Shown here: one piece after another, positions 1-10,615 of the stretch | Layout: the number at the start of each line of letters is the position of its first letter | Position numbering within the stretch: position 1 is the first letter of the stretch | Assembly (NCBI GenBank): GCA_963793465.1 | Contig: CAWCAJ010000007.1 | Coordinates: forward strand, 177,282 to 241,281 | Direction of reading: 5' to 3' | Source: an uncultured Planctomycetia bacterium | GTDB lineage: Bacteria > Planctomycetota > Planctomycetia > Pirellulales > Pirellulaceae | DNA: 64,000 nucleotides | Position numbers and translations under genes: made by a program | Notes under the pieces: model-generated | The model's input: the letters and a program-made list of their open reading frames with translations, nothing else | Told to the model about the DNA's origin: nothing | The model's database searches: none

Positions 1-148
1 GGTTGATTGCGCTGTAGGCGATAACCAATGTTGGGATGACCGTCGCCCTGTCTGCATGTCAGGATGCAGCCATCTTGACCGGTGGGGTTCCCTTGCTGAC
101 GCTGCGGGTTGGGATGGCCACCGGTCCTCAACCCCTCGCTGACACCCG

Positions 149-706
149 TTACTTTCGCTTCAACGCCAGTCTTGCAAACTGGGACCGATTGTTGGACTTG
201 TCCACGTTGTCAATGGACCAGGTCCAGGAATCTGTCGCGCGGTCGTACGCGAACATGTTTCGAATGCCGCTCCCATCGGCAGATTTCCACACGAATGGCA
301 GCCGGTCGCCATCGGGCTTTCCGTGCCCAACCCCCTCTGCAGCAAAGTTGGTCGTGCCGGTATTGTCCAGCCACATCACCACATATTCAGCATTGTCCTT
401 GTCCCAGGCGATATGGATCCACGCTTCGTATGCAAGCTCTCCGTCGGCATCCTTCTCGCGTGATACTTCGTGGATGCGGATATACTGACGTTTGAGAATC
501 CAGTCGACGTACACGTCATGAGTCACCTGTTCCTGGCCGATTGTGCCGGTCATCACCCATTCGCCAGTCATCTTGTCCATGAGTGCGTCAGACTTCGGAT
601 TCACAACGTGCTGTGCACAGGCCAAGGGCAAAGAGAGTGGTAACGAGATGAGCATCGCTATCAGGCCCCAGAGTAAAAACAGGTTTTTTCTGATTCGTTC
701 TGTCAT
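149..706 (-). CDS. secreted hypothetical protein (DUF1579-like, tentative)
   Basis: 185-aa ORF with an ATG start and an N-terminal hydrophobic signal peptide (LFLLWGLIAMLISLPLSLPLACA). The mature part is beta-rich and Trp-rich. No catalytic motif recognised. Confidence 0.55.
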   Translation of the reverse strand: MTERIRKNLFLLWGLIAMLISLPLSLPLACAQHVVNPKSDALMDKMTGEWVMTGTIGQEQVTHDVYVDWILKRQYIRIHEVSREKDADGELAYEAWIHIAWDKDNAEYVVMWLDNTGTTNFAAEGVGHGKPDGDRLPFVWKSADGSGIRNMFAYDRATDSWTWSIDNVDKSNNRSQFARLALKRK

Positions 707-964
707 TTGGTTTGCATGGACCCTTGATGGAGAGATGATTCGGCCCCGCCGAGCGGACGAACACCCAGGATGACGGGCCCCGAGGGTTGTATTGAAACGT
801 TAAGTGATTCGATAGCCGAACGCAAGACAACCAACGGCTCCTCTTCAGCCGTATGTTATTGGCCATCGATACCCAAAAACGGGACACCCAATAATCGCAC
901 AAGAAGTGGTTCTCTCCCGTACCCGCCAGACCACTGTGTTGGAGCGTCACCTTTCTGGCTTTCT

Positions 965-1696
965 TCAATACCAAAGGTAAATAGCGGCCGTAGCCAGAGT
1001 ATTCCAAGCCGCATGAGCCACAATACAGGCCGTTAACCGACCTCGCCAAAGATAGAGCAGGGTCATGACCAATCCGCCATAGAATCCTGTATCGATCACA
1101 CCTGCCCAGCCCTGATAGCCGTGCCCGGCGGCAAAAAGTACGATCACTGCCACAAAGGTCACAACGAGCGCTCTGCGTGAACCGCCAAGCAGGCTCCACA
1201 GAGTCGTGACGAAAAAACCGCGAAAGAATAGTTCTTCACTGAAGGCGCCTGTCCAGGCGAGGACCATGAACCCGAAAACACCCCAAGGCGCGTTGCCAAT
1301 CTGAGCCGCGTTTGCGGCAACGTCGCTGCGACTCGCCCCGCCGGTGTTGGGGATGATCACGAAAAATTGAAGTAACGCGAAAGTAAGGGCAACAGCCGTG
1401 CCAATGAGAGCGTCGGTGCGCCATTCTTTTCCAGTCAAACCAATATCGGTAAATCTGAGGTTGGCGATCCGCAGTCCAACCGAAATGGCGGCGATTCCAA
1501 GAACCAACCGAATCGCACCTACCAGCGCAAACGTTGGCCCTTCCAGCTCAAGCCCAAGGAACACTTTCGGAATTATCTCTGAAGCGATCAAGCCGATAAA
1601 CCAAAGCAGGGCACCGACCAGCAGGGCACTCGCCCAGCGGACTTTCGAGATCGAAAAAGGAGTGACCGTTTTGGCAAGCGGGGAGTCGGGATTCAT
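965..1696 (-). CDS. CPBP family intramembrane glutamic endopeptidase (CAAX protease-like)
   Basis: Multi-TM protein with the CPBP motifs EELFFRGF, HGYQGW and HAAWN. I trimmed the 362-aa track ORF to the internal ATG at 1696 (MNPDSPL...), because the upstream 119 codons are Cys/Arg/Trp-rich and overlap the neighbouring gene. Confidence 0.8.
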   Translation of the reverse strand: MNPDSPLAKTVTPFSISKVRWASALLVGALLWFIGLIASEIIPKVFLGLELEGPTFALVGAIRLVLGIAAISVGLRIANLRFTDIGLTGKEWRTDALIGTAVALTFALLQFFVIIPNTGGASRSDVAANAAQIGNAPWGVFGFMVLAWTGAFSEELFFRGFFVTTLWSLLGGSRRALVVTFVAVIVLFAAGHGYQGWAGVIDTGFYGGLVMTLLYLWRGRLTACIVAHAAWNTLATAAIYLWY

Positions 1697-1796
1697 GGAC
1701 ACTCGGGAATACTTAAGTCGATCATCAACGCGGGAGCCGAATCTTCCCGGGGAACACCGTGTCGGGAATATGCCGCTTCCGCAGCCCGCATTCGCT

Positions 1797-2582
1797 TCAG
1801 CTGAATACGTTCTGCAGGTATTCCAGGGATTGGGCCAGCTGGACTTGGCTTTGCGCGGTGGGCGGGCATTGCACGGTGATGAAGCCCGCGTAGTCCCTTT
1901 CTTCCAGTTTGGCCAACAGCGGAGGCAGATCAATCGAGCCTCGACCCAGTTGCACTTCCACGTTGTCACTCCGCGACAGATCGCGAACGGCGTCCCGTGC
2001 GCGAAAGTGCACCACGTACTCGGACAGTGCAGACATCGCGGCCTGTACGTCATGACGCTGAATCAACAACTCGGCGGGGTCAAAATCGACATGCAGGGCC
2101 CCGGGTCCCAGGGTTTGAATCAGTTCCTGCAATTCTGTTCCCTGCTGGTCGCCGGTGCGAGCCGCAAACACCGCTCCCACATGACTGCCATGCCGGCCGA
2201 TGTCCTCCAGGGCCTGAATCAAATAGGGGTAATCGCTGGAGTCGGCAGCGGGAATTTCTCCAATTCGGTTGCTGACGACCTGGCAACCCAATTCCCAAGC
2301 CATCGTCATGGCGGCCTTGGTGGCATCGATCCGCTGTTCCAGATGATCCGCGACGGCATAGCCGCGCCGCGAAGGGAAATTCACACAGCAGACTGACAAG
2401 CGATAGTCGGCCAGCATTTTCTTGATCTGTCGCACCGCCGTTCGCGAAAGCTCGGTTGGCCGGATTTCGGTGCCGGCGTTGATCTCAATCCCTTCCGCCC
2501 CCAACTCGGCCGCTACCGGCAACGCCTGGCGAAAGGGCAGCCCCAGACACTCCAGGCGAATCCCTTTTCGTAACTTCAGCAT
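1797..2582 (-). CDS. sugar phosphate isomerase/epimerase (xylose isomerase-like TIM barrel)
   Basis: 261 aa. The pattern GAEGIEI ... FPSRRGY ... ATKAAMTMAWELGC ... HVDFDPAE is typical of the AP endonuclease 2 / xylose isomerase-like TIM barrel family. Confidence 0.75.
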   Translation of the reverse strand: MLKLRKGIRLECLGLPFRQALPVAAELGAEGIEINAGTEIRPTELSRTAVRQIKKMLADYRLSVCCVNFPSRRGYAVADHLEQRIDATKAAMTMAWELGCQVVSNRIGEIPAADSSDYPYLIQALEDIGRHGSHVGAVFAARTGDQQGTELQELIQTLGPGALHVDFDPAELLIQRHDVQAAMSALSEYVVHFRARDAVRDLSRSDNVEVQLGRGSIDLPPLLAKLEERDYAGFITVQCPPTAQSQVQLAQSLEYLQNVFS

Positions 2583-2771
2583 GGCAAAACCCTCAACGAC
2601 CCGCCGGTCGTGCTCCTGAAAGAATTACTGATGGCGGTTGCCGACCGACCGTCACTCCCGCGCAGCGAAGCGGCTACTCTTCCGACTGCGGCAGCCGCGG
2701 CTCCCTGCTTTGGCAATTGTGGTATTCTATCGGTAGTTGAAATCACTAACAGCCGATGGCAGGATCCGAAG

Positions 2772-3563
2772 ATGACGACCGTCGCAGACATTCAGCAATT
2801 TATCAATCAGTTGGCACCCCCCACGCTGGCCGAATCCTGGGATAATGTGGGTTTGTTGGTCGGGGACCCTCGGGCCACCGTGCAACGCATGATGACTTGC
2901 CTGACGATCACCCCGGACAGTGCCGAGGAAGCGATCGCCAATCAGGCCGATGTGGTCGTCACCCATCACCCACTGCCCTTTCGGCCCATTCAGCGACTCA
3001 CTGCGGACCAGACGGCAGGCCGGCTGCTGTTGCAACTGATCAAATCCGACGTGGCTGTGATCAGTCCCCATACCGCGTTCGATTCGGCGGTGCGAGGAAT
3101 CAACGCCCAGCTGGCAATGAAATTCCAGCTTTCCGACGCCCGCCCATTGGTACCCGCCATCGATTTCAGTGGTCAGGCGGGCGCTGCCCGCGTCGCCGAA
3201 GCCGATCCGGGGGCCACAGTGACGTCGTTTATCGAAAAGGCCAAATCCTGTTTTGGCTTGCCGCAGGTACGTTATGTGGGACAACGGCAACAGCCAGTAA
3301 CGCGGGTGGCTTTCGGATGTGGCAGTGGCGGTTCCTTTCTGGAACAAGCGATCGAGGCTGGCTGCGACATGCTGATTACGGGTGAAGCCAGCTTTCACAC
3401 ATGCCTGGAGGCGCGGGCCCAGGGAGTGGCCCTGCTGTTGCTTGGGCACCATACCAGCGAACGTTTTGCCCTGGAGAGTTTGGCGGCCACCCTCGCTGAA
3501 CGATTCTCAAAATTGAATGTCTGGGCCAGCCAGCTGGAGACCGATCCCGTGCAAACGATCTGA
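2772..3563 (+). CDS. Nif3-like dinuclear metal centre protein (GTP cyclohydrolase 1 type 2 homologue)
   Basis: Motifs WDNVGLLVGD, VVTHHPLPFRP, ISPHTAFD and LGHHTSER. Start moved to the ATG at 2772 (MTTVADIQQF), in frame with the track ORF 2610..3563. Confidence 0.85.
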   Translation: MTTVADIQQFINQLAPPTLAESWDNVGLLVGDPRATVQRMMTCLTITPDSAEEAIANQADVVVTHHPLPFRPIQRLTADQTAGRLLLQLIKSDVAVISPHTAFDSAVRGINAQLAMKFQLSDARPLVPAIDFSGQAGAARVAEADPGATVTSFIEKAKSCFGLPQVRYVGQRQQPVTRVAFGCGSGGSFLEQAIEAGCDMLITGEASFHTCLEARAQGVALLLLGHHTSERFALESLAATLAERFSKLNVWASQLETDPVQTI

Positions 3564-3649
3564 TCCGGGTACCCGCCCGTCGCTACGGGTCGGGCAGAAT
3601 CAAGCCGGGCGACTGGCCTGTCAAGGGCCGCTCGGGACGCAGCCCAAGT

Positions 3650-3679
3650 TGATTCCCCGAATCCTGATTCCCCGAATCC
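3650..3679. repeat. perfect 15-bp tandem duplication (TGATTCCCCGAATCC x2)
   Basis: Read directly in the sequence. Lies in the 300-bp intergenic region upstream of the GT2 gene. Confidence 0.9.
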
Positions 3680-3865
3680 AACTGCATTGCAGGGAGAGGC
3701 GGAAAGTGTGCAATTCAGGTGTCTCGCAGGAAATTCGGCCAGCAAATGTAAGGATTTGACGTTGCCCCGCGTCCAGATAAAATATGGCTCGCCTATCCCG
3801 GCCTCACCTAACCCAGCCTATCCAGCTCGCTTGCTGCGCTTTTTTCCCTTAACCTCCGGAACGGC

Positions 3866-4612
3866 ATGCATTCCCAACCCTATTTGACCGCTCTGCCTGT
3901 TTTCAACGAAGTCGAGAGCCTGCATGCGGTGCTGGATCATGTCCTTCGACATTGCCAACATGTGTTGGTGGTTGATGATGGATCAACGGACGGTACCGCC
4001 GAGGCGCTGGCATCCCGTGCAGATGTGACCGTCGTGACCCATGCCGCCAATTCCGGTTACGGGGCAGCGTTGATGACTGCTTTTGACTTCGCCATTCGTA
4101 ACGACTATTACGCTTTGGTTACGATCGATTGCGACGGTCAGCATGAACCGCAACGGATCCAGGATCTGATCGATCGCCTGGAAGGCAGTGGGGCGGACAT
4201 TGTTTCCGGGAGTCGTTACTTGAAACTCTTCGATTTGAATTCACAGCCGCCTGCGCAACGCCGCTGGATCAATCAACAGATCACCCGGGAGATCAACGAG
4301 CAACTGGGGTTGCAGTTGACGGATGCCTTTTGCGGTTTCAAAGCCTATCGGACGTCGGCCTTGAAGTCGTTGTCCCTGAGCGTCAAGGGTTATGCGATGC
4401 CTTTGGAATTGTGGGTGCAAGCGGCCTGCCACGAGCTGAAGATCGTAGAGATGGCGGTCCCGCTGATCTATCTGGATGAAAGCCGGACCTTCGGTGGAGA
4501 CCTGGATGACGCCGCCACGCGGCTGAATTATTACCACCAGGTACTGCACGAAAGCATGCAAAAGCTACCGCGTGATTGCCCCCAATGGCAGACGCGTGAA
4601 TTGGCCGGGTAA
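3866..4612 (+). CDS. family 2 glycosyltransferase (polyprenol-phosphate sugar transferase-like)
   Basis: N-terminal GT-A signature LPVFNEVESL ... VLVVDDGSTDGT ... TIDCDGQH ... GSRY, typical of DPM1/GtrB-like GT2 enzymes. Confidence 0.85.
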   Translation: MHSQPYLTALPVFNEVESLHAVLDHVLRHCQHVLVVDDGSTDGTAEALASRADVTVVTHAANSGYGAALMTAFDFAIRNDYYALVTIDCDGQHEPQRIQDLIDRLEGSGADIVSGSRYLKLFDLNSQPPAQRRWINQQITREINEQLGLQLTDAFCGFKAYRTSALKSLSLSVKGYAMPLELWVQAACHELKIVEMAVPLIYLDESRTFGGDLDDAATRLNYYHQVLHESMQKLPRDCPQWQTRELAG

Positions 4613-4642
4613 CAACCTACGTGATTGGGCCGGGTATTTTCC

Positions 4643-6217
4643 ATGACGCTGACCTACCAGCGATTCCGCGCCCCTGCCCGGGATGGAGAAACCCTACAGG
4701 TACCCCCGCTATCCGGATTCACTGGTTTGTTGGAGCGAAACAGGGACTTGCTGAGTAGGTACGATCGGGACCTGGCCGGCATCCCCATGCAAACGTTACG
4801 CCAGGCGGCCCGATCCCAGTTGGTCGCCGCCGCCGCACGTTACACACGCCAGTATCGGGATGTGCAACAGCCCGAGAATCCGCAAGCCTTGATCATGGCC
4901 GGGCATCAGCCGACCCTGTTTCATCCCGGCGTCTGGTACAAGAATTTTGCCTTGCATGAACTGGCTGCCCGGACCGGGTCCTGGGCGGTCAACCTGGTGG
5001 TGGATAACGACCATCAGGCACTGCGGGCCATCAAAGTACCCGTGGGCGGAAGACGCAACCCGGGTCTTCGTTGGTTGCACTACGACGACACCGTTTCTGG
5101 AGGTGCGTTCGAAACCGAAACGTTGCACGATCGCCGCGTGTTCGAGTCCTTTGGCGAGCAGGTCCGGCAGGCGATCCGACCCTGGATCGAGCAGCCGCTG
5201 GTGGAACCGATGTGGCCTTATGCTGTGGAGTGTATTGACGTGTTGGGCAAGCCATCGCTGGCCTTGGCCGCCGGTCGCCACCGATTGGAAGCCGATTTCG
5301 GCCTGCAAACCCTGGAGATCCCGATGAGCCAGGTCTGTCAATTACCTGTGTTTGCTTCGTTCGCGGCAGAGCTGATCGATCGAGCCGCCGATTTTCTGGA
5401 GGTGCACAATCGCGAGCTGTCCCGGTTTCGCGAGCTGAATCGGATTCGCAGCACGTCCCACCCGGTACCCGACCTGAAAACAGTCGATGATTGGCTGGAA
5501 ACACCCTTCTGGGTTTGGCGAGTCGGGGCCGATGTGCGACGCCCCCTGTTCGTAAGGCTGGACGCGCATCAGGTTTTTTTGAGCGATCGGCAGGAAATGG
5601 AATTGCGTCTGGATCGATCCAATTTGACTGCTGAATTGCATGCACTGGAAACCGCCGGGATCAGCCTGAGAACGCGTGCCCTGACCACAACGTTGTTTGC
5701 CAGGCTGGTGCTGTCCGATGCCTTTTTACACGGCATCGGAGGAGGCAAGTACGACCAGTTGAGCGATGAAATTGTCCAGGGCTTTTTCCAGGTACCACCG
5801 CCTGAATTCAATGTGCTTTCAGCAACTTATCGTTTGCCCATCCCCTATCCCCGGGTCTCGGAGTCCGATCTTCAGCGTCTGCAGAATCGCCGCCGTGACA
5901 TGTATTACCATGCTGAGCGGTTTGTTGACTGCCAGCAAACAGCGTTTCGCGAGCTGGCTGACCGCAAGCGGCAGCATTTGCGGAGCATGCCCATCCCGGG
6001 TAGCCGAAAAGCCTGGCATGACCAGATGGACAGGTTAAACGAGTCGCTGCGATCGGCGTTGCAGCCGGAGAGGCGGGCTTTGCAAGCAGAGATTGATTCC
6101 GCGCGTCATGGACTGCAGATCGATGAAGTGCTTGGCTCCCGCGAATTCAGTTTTTGTTTGTTTGATCACCGCCTGGTGGAACAGCTTGGTGAAATTCCCA
6201 ATACCCCAAGCCCTTAA
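4643..6217 (+). CDS. conserved hypothetical protein, remote BshC-like resemblance
   Basis: 524 aa from the ATG at 4643 (the track ORF starts at a TTG at 4625). The motif AGHQPTLFHPGVWYKN resembles the GQQxGLFxGPxYxxxK motif of BshC. Size is similar and the C-terminus looks like a coiled coil. Starts 31 nt downstream of the GT2 stop codon. Confidence 0.6.
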   Translation: MTLTYQRFRAPARDGETLQVPPLSGFTGLLERNRDLLSRYDRDLAGIPMQTLRQAARSQLVAAAARYTRQYRDVQQPENPQALIMAGHQPTLFHPGVWYKNFALHELAARTGSWAVNLVVDNDHQALRAIKVPVGGRRNPGLRWLHYDDTVSGGAFETETLHDRRVFESFGEQVRQAIRPWIEQPLVEPMWPYAVECIDVLGKPSLALAAGRHRLEADFGLQTLEIPMSQVCQLPVFASFAAELIDRAADFLEVHNRELSRFRELNRIRSTSHPVPDLKTVDDWLETPFWVWRVGADVRRPLFVRLDAHQVFLSDRQEMELRLDRSNLTAELHALETAGISLRTRALTTTLFARLVLSDAFLHGIGGGKYDQLSDEIVQGFFQVPPPEFNVLSATYRLPIPYPRVSESDLQRLQNRRRDMYYHAERFVDCQQTAFRELADRKRQHLRSMPIPGSRKAWHDQMDRLNESLRSALQPERRALQAEIDSARHGLQIDEVLGSREFSFCLFDHRLVEQLGEIPNTPSP

Positions 6218-6244
6218 GCGTGCCGCGCTGTGGCAAACGCCCCA

Positions 6245-7015
6245 TCAAATATCCAGGTCCAGGCGACGCGCCCAGGTGGCCACGGCCTGTCGGTAGTCGT
6301 CCGCCAGCTGTTCCGGCACGGGATGGTGATGATCGGCATCGGGGATGATGAATTCCGTCAACGGACCGCCATAGGCGTCAACAATCATCTGTTGGTAACG
6401 GGGAGGGATCGTTTTGTCCCGGGCGGACATCACGAACAGGGTCGGCGTCGAACAGCGGGCTGCGTTGGCCACCGCGTCCATGGCGGAGGGGACTTGACTG
6501 CCCACCAAATGGTAGCCCAATCCGGCATTCCACCAGGAGTACTTCCCCCGGATCAGTTGATGAATGGGAGCTGGATTTCGCAAGCACAATCCAGCCACCG
6601 CATGATGCGCCGCGACGTACAGGGCATACATGCCACCCAGACTGTTACCGGTTACCAGAATCGGTTTGCCGGCCGCTCGTTCCTGAATGGCCTGCCATGC
6701 CGCATCGCACATCTCGACAAGGCGGGTCACGCAGGCTTCGCCGCTACTGGTGCCATAGCCGGGTGGATTGATGGTCCAGACTTCGTAATGTTCGGCCAGC
6801 AGTTCGCAAGGATGGGGCCCCGCCAATTCGGCACGACCGCCATTGCCGGGAAACTTCAGACAGAATAAATCCGCCGCCTTTTCTGTACGCACTACCCAGG
6901 CCTCGATGCTTTCCAGGCCCAGAGGGATCACCTCCCGCTTGCGATCCTGAGGATCGATTGGATGCCGGGTATTGGCAAAAATCAGCTGATTGGCCAGGCG
7001 TCGTTTGAGGGACAT
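6245..7015 (-). CDS. alpha/beta hydrolase
   Basis: Nucleophile elbow GNSLGG (GxSxG), with downstream Asp (SARDKTIP) and His (PDADHHHP) candidates. 256 aa. Confidence 0.75.
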   Translation of the reverse strand: MSLKRRLANQLIFANTRHPIDPQDRKREVIPLGLESIEAWVVRTEKAADLFCLKFPGNGGRAELAGPHPCELLAEHYEVWTINPPGYGTSSGEACVTRLVEMCDAAWQAIQERAAGKPILVTGNSLGGMYALYVAAHHAVAGLCLRNPAPIHQLIRGKYSWWNAGLGYHLVGSQVPSAMDAVANAARCSTPTLFVMSARDKTIPPRYQQMIVDAYGGPLTEFIIPDADHHHPVPEQLADDYRQAVATWARRLDLDI

Positions 7016-7108
7016 GACAGGTACCGCGGGTCTCTGGGCCTCCGGAGGGGAACGAAAAACATAGGGCTGTATCCGGAAACGGTGCGGCGTCTGGATCGCG
7101 GTTGCAGG

Positions 7109-9172
<2,064 letters not shown>

Positions 9173-9342
9173 GGTCCTGCCAGGTTTATAATCGGGAAGG
9201 TGAATTGTATCGAAACCGGAAAAAGTTCCCATGGCGGATGCCCGGACAAGGTTGAAAACCTGTTGTCTGCGAAACCGGTTGGCGATTTCCCATTCCCCGT
9301 CCCAACAGCCAACAACTCACCCGCCGACCTCGGAAATCTCCC

Positions 9343-10479
9343 ATGGATTCCAGCTTGCCAATCGACCCCGCGGCCTATCATATCGCGGATGCCAGCCAGA
9401 TCTATTCACCCGGATTGCTGGTCTTCAAGCCACTGCTGATGCACAACCTGCAGGAGATGCTGCGGATTGCCGGTGGCCCGAACAAGCTGCGACCGCATTG
9501 CAAGACCCACAAAATGCCGGCCATCATCGAAATCATGCAGGGTTTGGGGATCCGCAAACATAAATGCGCCACCTTGGCTGAGGCCGAAATGCTGTGTGCG
9601 GCCGGCGTTGATGACATCGTGATTGCCTACCAGCTGGTGGGTCCCAATGTGGGTCGACTGCTGCAATTGCTGGACACGTATCCTGACGTGAAGTTCGCTA
9701 CCTTGATCGACCATCCCCTGCCCCTGCGGCAGCTGGGCGAGGCGATGGAATCCCGCGACTTACAGATCGGCGTACTGATGGATGTCGATCCCGGGATGCG
9801 ACGCACGGGCGTCCTGCCCGATGAATCAGCTGGCCAGTTGTACGAGATGATCTGTGCGACTCCGGGTATCGAGCCGGCCGGTTTGCATTGGTACGACGGT
9901 CAGCATCGCCAGAGTGATCTTCAGGATCGCCAGCGGGCCGTGCAGGATGCCTGGATCCCCCTGGTCGAATTACGCGATCAATTATTGCTGCAGGGATTTC
10001 CGATCCCCAAAGTGCTGGTCTCGGGTACCGGATCCTTCCCGATCCTGGCTGAGTTTGGTGAACCCAATTTGGAGTTAACTCCTGGTACCACGACGTTGTA
10101 TGACATCGGCTATCTCCAAAAGTTTCCGGACCTTCGGCTGCAGCCGGCAGCGGGCCTGCTGACCCGCGTGGTCAGCTGTAACCAGGCCGGGTTTTTGACG
10201 CTGGATTGTGGGCACAAGTCGATTTCGCCCGACCAGCCAGCCGGCCAACGCACCTATTTTCCAGCCTTGCCGGATGCCCGGGAAGTGGGACACAACGAAG
10301 AGCATCTGGTGCTGCAAACGGAACAGGCCGACCAGTTCGTTCCCGGGGACTGGTTGATCGCCCTGCCCCGCCACGTTTGCCCCACCAGTGCCTTACACCA
10401 GTACGCCAATGTGATTGATGACGGAAAACTGGTCGCTCGCTGGGATGTGGTGGCCCGCGACCGGGTGATCACGGTTTGA
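9343..10479 (+). CDS. D-TA family PLP-dependent enzyme (D-serine dehydratase / D-threonine aldolase-like, alanine racemase N-terminal fold)
   Basis: CKTHK PLP-lysine motif, then KCATLAEAEML and a C-terminal HxCPT-like segment (RHVCPTSAL), typical of the DSD1/D-TA family. Confidence 0.8.
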   Translation: MDSSLPIDPAAYHIADASQIYSPGLLVFKPLLMHNLQEMLRIAGGPNKLRPHCKTHKMPAIIEIMQGLGIRKHKCATLAEAEMLCAAGVDDIVIAYQLVGPNVGRLLQLLDTYPDVKFATLIDHPLPLRQLGEAMESRDLQIGVLMDVDPGMRRTGVLPDESAGQLYEMICATPGIEPAGLHWYDGQHRQSDLQDRQRAVQDAWIPLVELRDQLLLQGFPIPKVLVSGTGSFPILAEFGEPNLELTPGTTTLYDIGYLQKFPDLRLQPAAGLLTRVVSCNQAGFLTLDCGHKSISPDQPAGQRTYFPALPDAREVGHNEEHLVLQTEQADQFVPGDWLIALPRHVCPTSALHQYANVIDDGKLVARWDVVARDRVITV

Positions 10480-10583
10480 CAGGTTTCGCATCCACCGTCA
10501 TGGCACCCTACAGATCAGCCTGGTCAGACGTTCAAATTGCCGGGGAAAGTGAGTGTGGCACAAGCTACATGTCCGTGCGACTG

Positions 10584-10615
10584 GCACTATCGATCAGCAG
10601 CACTATCGGTCAGCA
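10584..10615. repeat. 16-bp tandem duplication (GCACTATCGRTCAGCA x2, 1 mismatch)
   Basis: Read directly. Overlaps the stop codon (10603..10605) of the giant permease gene. Confidence 0.85.

Noticed and set aside
1398-2396. 332-aa plus-strand ORF overlapping the CPBP protease and TIM-barrel genes
   Set aside because: It is the antisense mirror of two well-supported minus-strand genes. The translation is Arg/Gly/Pro/Ala-rich with no motif, which is typical of shadow ORFs in GC-rich DNA.
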